From Octopus vulgaris (Eukaryota), in contig OX597822.1 of NCBI GenBank assembly GCA_951406725.2, positions 86,056,001-86,120,000 of the forward strand: a stretch of DNA of 64,000 nucleotides, written 5' to 3'. The notes under the pieces were generated by a model that did not search any database, was not told the DNA's origin, and worked only from the letters and a program-made list of their open reading frames with translations. Both the position numbers and the translations under genes were made by a program. Positions 12,176 to 24,082 of this stretch are shown here, piece after piece. The first letter of the stretch is position 1. Each line of letters starts with the position of its first letter.

Positions 12176-13040
12176 ATATATATACATATATATAGAAAAT
12201 AGTAAAAAGTGAAAAATCTACAGAAGGCTTAAAGGTTAAAAAATATATATATTTGAGTCAATATGTCTGAAGAATATTAAAAAATTTTTTCTTACAATGA
12301 CATAGTTTAGAAGAAAAGCCTTCTGTAGTTTTTTCACTTTTTACTATTTTCTATATATTCAACCACGTGCTTTCACAAACCAACTTTCTTATATATATAT
12401 ATATATATATATATAAATGAAGTCCATTTGCTTTTTACAAAGGAAAGAAAGAGAGCTTGATATATAAAGCTAAAAATATACATGATTTTTTATTACCTGA
12501 AAGTACAACAGGAGGTACTGAGATACTGAGGTACTCAGATACTCACAAACCTACAGTTTTGTGCCAGTAGTTTCACAAATACATAATTCTAGATTTCTGA
12601 GTAGTAACGCCTGTAATATTCTCATTATTGATTATTAATTGAAACAGCTGTAAGAAGCAAAGATGACCAATTTGTTAATAATAAACAATTATTAACTTCC
12701 TTATCTCCATTTTCTTTCCTTCTTTTAAATGAATATAAACCAAATGTTTTTATATATACCTATTATTTTAAGGGAATTTCATTCCTCAAAAATATTAGGT
12801 ATTGAACCAGTATTTCCTTGGCTGCAACCATCCCTTCGTGAGATTAATATATCCTCTAATCAAATATTTTATATATATATATATATATATTAGGTTTGGA
12901 GGTGATGTACAGGTATTATATATTAGAAGAAATAAGGAACTCGGAAATCTGGATGGTTTTATATTTACAGATTTTTATTAATATGTCACATGTTTTTATA
13001 AATCATATATTAGCGCTAGTAGACTCTACAGATTTCTGGA

Positions 13041-13595
<555 letters not shown>

Positions 13596-13611
13596 TGTAT
13601 GTATATATGTA

Positions 13612-13724
<113 letters not shown>

Positions 13725-14111
13725 ATGTATATATATTGAGAGAGAGAGAGTGAGAATAAAATCTATTTGCCAACGTAAAAAGGCAGTCCTGATTAGGACG
13801 ATGTTACTATCTTTTTTAACCCCCAGGAAAACATCTTTTCCAGCTGGCTACCATGCATGACTATATCCTTATATCTCAAACAAGGGAGCTAATAACCTCA
13901 CTGAGCCTTAAACGGTACCTACGGACCATAGTTTCTGAGTTGTTTCTCTTCATTGCCACAGGATAACCGTTGACTAGAGATGGCAGTGCTAGGCCTTGTT
14001 CGAAGTATATACTTTTAAAGTGACACACAGTTACACTGGCGAATAGATTTTACTCTGTAGTACTGTTACTACTTACTTCGCACTCAGAGATTTAAAACTA
14101 ATTGTTTTCCT

Positions 14112-14153
<42 letters not shown>

Positions 14154-14589
14154 AGAAAAATATGTTTTAAATCTCTGCACGAGAGAAATACAGTAACAGT
14201 ACCAATTAGTAATGTTTATATGCCAACATGATGTGGCAGTCCTATAAAGGACGGTGTTACTATTGTTTTAGCCCCAGGAAAACATCTTTTCCACCTGGCT
14301 AACAACACACAGTCTGTGTCCGTACATAGCATTTTCCAGGGAGGACATTGCTCCCATCTCTAGCCTTACATGATACTTGCAGACCTAGTTTATTGGATGT
14401 TATCCATCCTAAGTGTGAGACAATCACCAGCTAGTGATGATAATATATATATATATATATATATATATACTTTATTTGTGGCATCGTTTTTATTCACACT
14501 TACATTTTTCACATCATACTGCTTGTTTTATCTTATGGTTTCTCATGTACCATTGTCCTGATTTTGAAATAGGACAGACCCTGTGCTCA

Positions 14590-14677
14590 GTGCCTGAAGG
14601 TTGCTTGGTGATACAAGGCACATTATGAAAACCTGCATAACCCTTGAATCTTCATTGCAAGAAACTATCAGTAGCTC
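14590..14677 (+). ncRNA. Hammerhead-like motif with long stem II
   Basis: gtgc-CTGAAGG-ttgc...gcaa-GAAACT-atc-AGTA/-gctc. The stem II base (ttgc/gcaa) and stem III (ACT/AGT) pair. A9 is changed to G and stem I has one mismatch. Confidence 0.5.
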
Positions 14678-15599
14678 TTATCTTTATAAAGTGTACATTA
14701 AGTGATATTTATCTCCCAGCAGATGAAGTCCCTTTTTTGTTGATCTTACATTAAGAGAAAAGTAAATTATAGAAATATCTGTGTGTGTGTGTGCGTGCTG
14801 GTGCTTCCATGTCTTGATGTCACATGATAGTTGGAAAAAAGTGCCACCACCATACTAATGGTATTGTTTCGTATCTTCCATGGGAACATGTCCCCTTACA
14901 AGCAAACATTTCCTTGTTTGAAATCAAATAAGGGTTAGTGTCAGGAAGTGTATCCAACTGTAGAAAATAGCCGGGTGGCTGTTTTCAGTCTCACCGAATG
15001 TTTTGCTCATTGCTCCCAATATTGGAGGCCAGAAATTCTTGCCCAAGCATGAGGCTGACTGTGAGTACATGGCATTGAAATTGCCCAAAAGAACCGAAAT
15101 GAATATCTGGTGCACTCACTGGTCACTGCAAGGACGATTTTTGGCTTCCCTCAGATATCTATTGTGTTTTTAACACACTAAGTCTATAAGAGATGTTATC
15201 TCAGTATGAATACCATATCTGGCCTATCAACATTGTATATACATTAAGTATCATGCAGGGCTGAATATATATAGACAGAGAGAGACAGAGAGAGAGACAG
15301 AGACAGACAGATGGAGAGTCTCTTTGATTTTTTTGTTGGCTGTCACTCATAATTGAAAATAACTTTGTAGCAGAAGTGGAGCTTTTTGCTCCCCCACCTC
15401 TCTCTCTCTCTCTGTATATACAATACATTTGTATATATATGTATATGTACATATGTGTGTGCGTGCATGTGTGTGAGTGCATGTGTGTGTACAAGGAGAT
15501 ACCCAAAAGTAACCAGAAACGTTCTTTGTGGGACAAACCGGTTGTAGTACAGGCTTCTGCTGCTAGAAGCCACTTGATGCGACCCTCAGGCCTTAGTCT

Positions 15600-16330
15600 G
15601 CCAACTGACGCCATCTGCTGTGATAGTACTCTCATGTGGTGCATCTTTATTTGCAGGGCTTCTCCCTTGTTTGTCAATTTTTGCAATGACTGAAATGAAG
15701 GAACAGCATGCTTCCATGAAATTCTGTTTTCTGCCAGGGAAAACAGTGGACCAAATAGTTCCCAAGCTTCAGACAGCTTACAAGGATGCTGCCATGAGCA
15801 AAACAAAAGCTTATAAGTCGTTTCCACATTTTAAAAATGGTCACTTGTTACTTGAAAACCAACCTCATTCAGGACGACTGTCAAATTCCCAAATGAATGA
15901 AGACATCAAGAAAATTCATGAACTGATCTTGGAGGACAATCACCAAACAATTGACGAACTTGTTGATATGACTGGTGTGTGTGTGTGAGCTGGCAGAAAC
16001 GTTAGCACACCAGGCGAAATGCTGAGCGATATTTCATCTGTCATTACATTCTGAGTTCAAATTCCACTGAGGTTGACTTTGGCTTTCATCCTTTCACGGT
16101 CGATAAATTAAGTACCAGTTGTGTACTGAGGTCGATCCAATTGACTGCCCCCTCCCTCCCCCCAAACTTTCGGGCCTTGTTCCTAGAGTAGAAAAAGAGA
16201 CGATTGGTGTGTCCTGGAACTTTTGAATGGAGAATTGGGTGTGAATAAAGTTGCAGTAAAATTTGTGCCTTGCCTGCTCATGGAGGATCGAAAACAGTCA
16301 TGACTGAATGTGTGTCGTGAAGTGGAAGAA
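15600..16330 (+). mobile_element. Mariner transposase N-terminal remnant interrupted by a SINE
   Basis: EQHASMKFCFLPGKT..LQTAYKDAAMSKT..FKNG..ENQPHSGR is a mariner HTH region. It resumes after the SINE with KVAVKFVPCLL (a WVP-type motif). Confidence 0.85.
15985..16197 (+). mobile_element. SINE family B inserted in the mariner remnant
   Basis: Matches family B and is flanked by duplicated tggtgtgt (15973-15980 and 16206-16213). Confidence 0.85.
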
Positions 16331-16589
16331 CACATGTGCACACACTACCTGATCAAGCACACATCAACTGCTACACACACACACGTCAGACACACATACA
16401 CACTCACACACACCATTCTCACATACACACACACGCTAGCACACCTTAATTCGTTGGGATCACCTTTACCTTTACCATTATTATTATTATCATTATCTCC
16501 TTTCCATTCAACCTCTTTTTTCCAGTCATCTCACCATGTTGGACAGTTGAACTCTGCACAATTTTTTTCTGTTGTTTTCATTCTCCCTC

Positions 16590-16737
16590 CATTTTTTCTT
16601 TTACTTTTAATCCTTTCTGCCGAAGAGCATGGACTTGAAACATAAAAATACTTTTCCACTTTTCCATTGCATTAAACTAATACACCTACTTGTTGTTCCT
16701 ACTCCTACCTTTGTCTCAGGTTTCCTGCAAATTTGAA

Positions 16738-16807
<70 letters not shown>

Positions 16808-16980
16808 AGAATTCGCAAAAAAACAAAAGATGAAGACAGGTGGTGTAGAAAACAAACAGATGTATTAGTATAACGCTTGGGAAGTGAAAAAGTCTTTAAT
16901 GTTTCGAGCCTATGCTCTTGCACAGAAAGGAAGACAGAAAGAAACAAGGAGAGATGATAAGAATGTGTAGTGGCTAGCGA
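16590..16980. mobile_element. Two related hammerhead-bearing short elements converging on one (TA)n array (16741-16804)
   Basis: The + copy (16613-16648) reads cttt-CTGCCGA-A-gagc atgg actt-GAAA-ca-TA-aaaa. The - copy (16894-16929) reads cttt-CTGTGCA-A-gagc atag gctc-GAAA-ca-TT-aaag. Both share a downstream actaataca..ttgtt..ccacct tail ending at the TA run. Confidence 0.65.
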
Positions 16981-17292
16981 TATCATCATCATCGTCATCG
17001 TTGTCATCATTGTTTAATGTCCATCTTCCATGCATGCTTGGGTAGGACAGTTGACAGGAGCCGGCCAAGTAGAAAATCTACCCAAGGCTTCTGTGTCTGT
17101 TTTAGCAGGGATTTTACAGGTGAACTCAGTGCTTTTTACATAGCACTAGCACAGACAAGGTTAGTTTTGGCATATATATATATATCATCATCATCATCAT
17201 CATCGTTTCATGTCCGCTTTCTATGCTAGCATGGGTTGGATGATTTGACTGAGGACTGGCGAACCAGATGGCTCCAGCCTGATCTGGCAGAG

Positions 17293-17339
<47 letters not shown>

Positions 17340-17604
17340 ATCCCATTTAGTGTTGACTGTCAGGAGAAAGAGTGCTCTATACCATCGTAGTGGTTAATAA
17401 TGTTTTTATTTTGGCAATGTCAATCCTCTGCAGTTTCCCCAATGCTCATCAGGACAGCTATGACTGGAGATTGTTGTTGGCACTCATACATGTATGTAAG
17501 ATTCCAATCATAGGATAGAGGAAAAGATGTTGATGGGAAAGAGAATAAATAAGAGAGAAATGAGAGGAAAGAAGGAAGAATAAATGGAAAATGGAAGGAT
17601 GAGA

Positions 17605-18915
17605 GCAACCATGTTTTATTCTTTCATGAAATTGTAGACCAGAGATTCTGGCACAACCCTGACTGCAGGTGTTACAGAAAACTGTTGGTAAGCTTAATAT
17701 AGTGGCTCTTGTCTGAACCTCTTTTCCTTTTTTGCCTTTTTCTTGATTCATCCAGTTTCTTTCTACAACAAATCTTTCTTCATAACTCCACCACCATTGT
17801 TTGTAATCAGCCTCTACCTTCTTTTCCCAAACAGTCACAATCAAACCACTCACTTTATTGAAATGTTCTTTGATGCTGTTTGGTCACCCTCTTCAGCACC
17901 TTCCCCATTTCAACCTTCAGAAGCCCTTTACATGGATTATCATGTGTCCTACTCAGTGTAACTGTGAATCCATCAGCAGAGACTCAACACTCAACATTAT
18001 TGCTCACAGCATTTTGCGTCCTGGTTGGAGCTGTGTTCACATCAAGAAGTGTTTATTATAGATTACAGTTGATATAACAGGTAGCTCATCAGCTTTTTGA
18101 GATGACAATGATACAATGCATGGGTCTCAACAGAATATGTCTGAATCGAACTATTGTTGGGTAGACTTTACATATCATCAAAAGTTTAATGCCTTGACAT
18201 TTCCTAAATAAATCATTGAACTTTTCAAAAACAACCACAGCCAACTGTCTGTAGTGGTCCATCTCCGAGTCCAGGCTGTTGTCATCAGAAACTATGCTGC
18301 CTAAATATGTGAATATTTTTACCAGAATTAGAGACAGATTCACAATCATGATGGTCAAGGAGTTTGTGTTCTGCACTTCAGATTTAGACAGCAATAAGAC
18401 TTTAGTTTTTTCTACATTTATTGACAGACCAAAAACTGACATTGCGCACTTAAAATGGTTGAGTAATTTTCTGGATGTCTTCTAAAGAATCTATCACTGG
18501 GACAGAGTCGTCAGTGAAAAGAAGCTCACAAATATACATACCACAATGGATCTTTGTCTAGATATACTCAACAATCCACGCTTGTGCAAGTATATACAGT
18601 GACTAAGTTCACTTGCTGCTTTTTTCAAGCAAGCATCCAGAAATAGCTGAAATAGAGCTGGAACAAGTGTAGTCTTGTTTTACTCAACAATGGCTGACTG
18701 GTAAGAGAGCGCAAGCCCACTCCAAAGAAAGAGATCATGACAGATGCACTGTCATAAAACTGCTTGACAGTTTCCATACATTTTTCTGGGCATTCGTATC
18801 TTTTGAGCAGGGTCCATAAACCCACTCTTCCACATTGTGGAAGGTCTTTGTAAATTCAATTTAATATGATGAAAAGTGGAAGACATTTTTCCATAGACTT
18901 TCCTTGATTTGTAAT
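17605..18915 (-). mobile_element. RTE-clade (BovB-like) LINE, 3' part: RT domains 3-7 and C-terminal C2H2 finger (decayed)
   Basis: Motifs on the - strand: IEFTKTFHNV (from IDLTKAFDTV), GLWTLLKRYECPEK, ELLFTDD, FGLSINVEKTKV, FTYLGS, and FCNTCSQGCARISGLQFHERIKH. Confidence 0.85.
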
Positions 18916-18919
18916 GGAG

Positions 18920-20126
18920 TAGAAATCTTGTCCTTGATGCTTCAAGACATATGAAATCTACTCTGGCCTTCAAGAAGAATTCGCTTTTAACCATTTTCTA
19001 GAAAAATGATTTTACAACTGGTGGCATTTGCAATCAAATTGTTGATGTCTGTTAGATTGTGAACTTAGTCATAGAGACAACATTGCAGATATAAGCTGTA
19101 TACATGCCACAAGGAAAGCTTATTTGCCTTACTGATCACATATTTTGATACATATAATTTGCTTGTCAAACAGAGTTACAAGCAAATGGAAAACCCCTCA
19201 AGTACAATGTGCTCTCATAGCAAAAAGGACCAACCAACCAACCAACAGTGCTACCAGACACTCCTCCATCTGACAACTGGTCTAGCTCATGTTTCTTGGA
19301 CATCGTTACATGAAGCAATCTACAGAACAGCTGCTGCCTAAATAGGTTTCCTCAAATGGTGACTGGTCTGACAAAAATTATGTAAAGATAGAAGAGATGC
19401 TATGTGAGAGATAAAGGCACTGTCAAATGGTTGCCATGTCAATGGCTGATATACCTGAGAAGCTACCAACTGACTCAAAGACACAAATGCCTTGCCACAA
19501 AACAAAGTCTGACAGACTGATGATGGGACAAGAAGATAAAGGTTGTTGTTGATTTTCATAATGTAAAGGTTTTCTATGCCAGTCTGAGAGAAGTGTATGG
19601 TTCCTCAGAAAGGCGGAGACAGATCAATGAAATGTAAGGATAGCCCTACACTAAGAAGAATGACATCACAAAGCGCTGAAGGGAATGCTTTGATGAGTTA
19701 TTCAACCAACCCCCAATGATTTCTCCTAAAGCTTTAAATAACACATTCTTCAGAAAATATCAGTTTGGATCTACCAAATTCAGAGAAGCAGATGACTGCC
19801 ATCTCAAAATTTCAAGGAAGGCTCTTCGTGTCTGACAGCATCCCCCTAAAAGTCTATAAATGTGGTAAGAATGCATTATGTTACAGACTTCTTCAAGTCT
19901 TCATAATCTGTTAACCTCCCCAAACAATTCAAGAATATAGTAATATACATCATTAACTAACAGAGAGGTAATTGACAGTAAATTATCCAAGAATTTCCTT
20001 TCTCTCAATTGAAGGGAAAATACCAGCTAAAATACTGCTCAAATGATTGTAAAAAATATCCAAATGAAGCCTCCCTCTGTGAATTTTGTTTCTCTAGAAG
20101 CACCATTGTTGTGATTTTTACATTAT
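18920..20126 (+). mobile_element. Same RTE LINE, inverted 5' part: APE endonuclease C-terminus to RT domain 2
   Basis: Motifs on the + strand: WWH..S...LLD, TDH, DWSDKN (from DWFDEN), DSIPLKVYKCG, NYPRISFLSIEGKI (from NYRGISLLSIAGKI) and SLCEFCFSRSTIVVIFTL (from SQCGFR..RST.DMIFTL). Confidence 0.8.
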
Positions 20127-22311
20127 CATACACACACTCCCATGCACACGCATGCATACACACACACATGCCATCATCATTTAATGTCCGTTTTCTATGG
20201 TGCTGGTGTGAGTCAGATGGGTTGACAGGAGATGGCAAGGCCAGAGAGCTAGCATTGTTTTCATTTTGGGTTACTTTTTCACACAATTCCCTTATTTTTT
20301 TGCAAATTTTGAGCTGCTTCTCTGAATTTAGTCAAGCAACCCTTGCAAGAAATGGATGTGTTGGTTGGGTCTGGGTGAGAAGTGGTTGGCAATCAGCTGG
20401 TTCAAAGGAGCTGAGGCTATTGTAATATGAATACAGTAGCAAGAGATGAAAGCATGTGAGAAATGGTCAGTGAGTGAGTGTTTATATTTTAGTTGGATGA
20501 CTGATTGCAAACAAGAAAACTCAGTGAATTAAAGCAGTTAGACTGTTACTTTAAACTATACATGGTCATCTCTGCTGATTTCATTCTCCCAAAAATCAGT
20601 AACATTCATTAAACTCTAATCAAAGGTTGGACATTCTGTTTATATTAGACTAAGAAAACAACTACCATTTGAGACAGTCAAGACAATCAAAATAGAATTC
20701 ATTCTTCCATCAGTCCACCATTTCATTAAAGTTGTGGCAGCAGCTGGGTTGATTATGATAACAAAAGCTTTGTTTTATATTTTCTCACTGACTGGCTGTC
20801 AATCACCGCAAATATATACATATCTATTTATAATACAATTGAAAACAATCAATTGATCTGTATGTAAGATTAACATTTCTCCCACTACTAACCTCTTCGA
20901 AATAGAGGTTGCTTGTTCAAATCCAGCCTGATATGACATTCCCACTCCAGAATAAAATTTAATGATGATCAAATTTTAAACTAAAAAACTATTAATAAAA
21001 AAAAAATTCTAAATGTAAATATGAAAAGAAAAACAATTGGTTATTTAGACATGATGTTAATAATCCCCACCAAAATAATTTTATTAAAAACAAATTTTAA
21101 TTGTAGGTAATTAAACATTTCATTAAATTAGACACCTGCATTAACATGGTGTGAAATTGTGGGGAGTTTACTCCCATCGTGTCTGCTTTTGGTGTGATGG
21201 TGATAGAGTTACAGAATTGCTTTAAATAAGGTCAGTGATGGAAGCGTTAGGGGACACATGGATTCAAAAAAGAGGGAAGAGATTAGAAAGTAGCTAAATG
21301 AAAAGACAAGACTCGGGTTTCATTACAACAGATAAATCATCACCTTCCTTTATAGTCAGTTCTTGATAGTATTAGGTTTACTAGAATTAAAACAAATTAA
21401 ATTAAATACATAGTTAAGGATTAGATTAAAGATTAGTTAAGAAACGTGTATTTGGTATGTTACATAGAGATAATCCAAGCAGGGGATGGAAGAAACTATA
21501 AGAAGAACATAACCACTAATCTTAGCTGGATCATCATCATTTACCATCCGTGTTCCATGCTAGCATGGGTGGGATCGTACCACAAGAGCCAGCCAGGCTG
21601 AAGCCTGCACCAGACTTATGTGACTATTTTGGCAAGATTTTTACAGCTAGATGCCCTTCCTAATACCAACTGCTCAGCAGAGTGGACTTAGTGCTTTTTA
21701 CATGGCACAAGCACAGGTGAGGTAAATAGTGCTTTTTATGTGGCACAAGCACAGGGGAGGTCAGTTTTGGCAAGATTTTCACAGATGGACACCCGTCTGA
21801 AAACCAACCACTTTACAGTGTGGACTGGATGCCTTTTAAGTGGCACCTGCAGTGACAGGGTCACCAAGTACCTGCAAGACAAAAACTGTTAAGAGGGAAG
21901 GAGGTATTGGAGGAGGTGATGATGAAAAGGTTATAGTGAAACAGATACAGGTGCCTTGCTGTAGAGGAAGTACAAGGTTACCCAGCCAGAGAGAGAAAGA
22001 TCAGGAATGAAGACAGAAACAGGTGTGCTACTGTCAAGAAAATACACGTTTGCCCAACCTGAGGGAATTGCAGGAGGAGAGAGTGGGAGATAGCAGGATA
22101 GAAATGGTGGCAAAATGCCAGGCATACTCACAAAGAACAGGGATCAGAGTATAAATGAGTTGGTTGCGTAAAGGAAGAGAGTGATATAGATAGTGGCAAG
22201 TGCCAGGGCATAGCCTTGAGGTTCAAATGCCATAATATATGTGACAGGATATTGCGAAGTGAGTGCAATTAATGATTGTGAGAAACAGGGGTGTGGGAAC
22301 AGGATTGGAAA

Positions 22312-22380
22312 AAGGGAGCTAGGCAGGGAGTGAGAGCTAGGCAAGGAGTGAGAGCTAAGCAAGGAGTGAGAGCTAGGCAT
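22312..22380. repeat. 18-bp tandem repeat (ggagtgagagctaggcaa) x ~3.5
   Basis: Seen directly. Confidence 0.85.
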
Positions 22381-23799
22381 AGGGAATGAAGGAGGAAATG
22401 TGAGAAAAAAAGATGTTCATTGGGGTAGGATGAGGGAAAAGTTTTCTTGTTAAGTGTGGGTGGAACACTCAGGTCAGGGGCTAGCAGATGGCAATAATAG
22501 AGTGAGACAAGGTATGTGGGTACAACACACAGGTTGGGGGCAAGCAGAGAACAATGATACAGTGGCACAGGGCCAAGGGGACAAGATTGGGGAGTGGGAG
22601 GTAATCATAGTGCATGAAGTGGAAATGTGGGAAAGAGAAGGGATGTAGTGATGTAGTTTGGTTCATTGTGGTGGAGTGTGTGAGAAGTTTTCTTGTCAAA
22701 TGTGGGTGGGACACACGGCACTTCTAGAACTCAGTTTCACTGCTGTGGATGGGTCGTTAGACATCTCGGTCTATGGCCATTTCCTCCGTAAGGTCCAACT
22801 TCCCAAGATCAGTCCTTACCACTTCCTCCCATGTCATTCTCAGGGTTAAATCTGTTATCATGTTTTATGTTTTGCCTAATGGAAGTCTAATATCTGAATT
22901 TTTCAGATATTTACCAGGATTTTCAAAGAAAACATTAAAATTCACTTATTGATCATCATCATCCTTTATCAGGTCTGACTTTTTTTTTTCTACTACTATC
23001 TATGTTTTAAGCAATCCTATTCCTATATCTGTCATTAAAATAATTTGTATTACATTGATGTTTATTTTGCATCTGCTCTTGCAAGTATTGTCCACTATTC
23101 TTAAGTATTTTCTCAGCATTTCTTTTAGGAACATAACAGATTTTCTTTGTAAATCCCGTCCAAGCTGAAGTGGCATTATAATATTTTATGTTCTGACAGA
23201 AAATCTCATTAACTTATAGCCTAGATATTCTAGATGTAACACTATTAACTATGGATTTAATCATAGATCTAAGATAGTTGGAGAATTTATTGACATATCG
23301 TTAGATTTTATTGGGTTTGTTGTACAGATGGACTCAGTACCAAGGCCTAATATCATGTCCAGAATGTTCCTTGATCTTTAGAGTTCCAAAACAAGTAGAA
23401 AGACTTGTTTTTAAATAACTAATTAATTATTGTATGGATTGACAAGAATTTTATATGTACAAACCAATGTGTACAGAAATGAAAAAGTTCCTCTAACCAT
23501 TTGAAACTATTGGAAACCTTGAAAAAAGTTATGTAACCGCATCATCTTCCTTTATTTCATTTCACTCTGCAACCAATGGCTGATGAATAAACACCCAATA
23601 AATTCAGCATCTACAATTTACCTCACGTGACAAATTATTAGCCAAGATTTTTGCACAGAGTATTGATTGATGTATCCATCTGGATTTCATTACTCATTAG
23701 TCAAGACAATTCATGAAACAAGATATTTTCTGAATCTATCTCATTATGCAATATGTGATAATTGCAGCTCAATCACTTTTCCCCTTCAATCCCTTCAAC

Positions 23800-24082
23800 C
23801 ACAGTTGATAATCCACAGGCACGGATGTGCTGCCAGGCGGGCTTGTCTGAAGTGCGCGCATAGGGAAGAAACTGTTCTGCACACTCTTGTTCAGTGTCTG
23901 GGCATTGCTGACTTGTGGGATTATATTGAACAGCTGCTGTCAAGTGTGGGACGGAGCCATCTGTCAGCTGAGTCTCTAGTGATGATTGCACTGCTGCCCT
24001 CCTTCAATCAGGCAGGCAAGGCAGTTTTCGTTTGCCTGGTGGCTGTGGCAAAAAAGTGTTTTTTTGGTGGACAAGGCTGAAA
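23800..24082 (+). mobile_element. L1/Tx1-type LINE ORF2 C-terminal zinc-knuckle (zf-RVT) fragment
   Basis: ACLKCAHREETVLHTLVQC..IADLW matches the CxxC..E...H....C..W pattern. Confidence 0.65.

Noticed and set aside
20420-21500. AT-rich unique stretch that might be the distal 3' end of a long MRAS 3' UTR
   Set aside because: Poly(A)-signal hexamers are expected by chance at this AT content, so it cannot be supported without transcripts.
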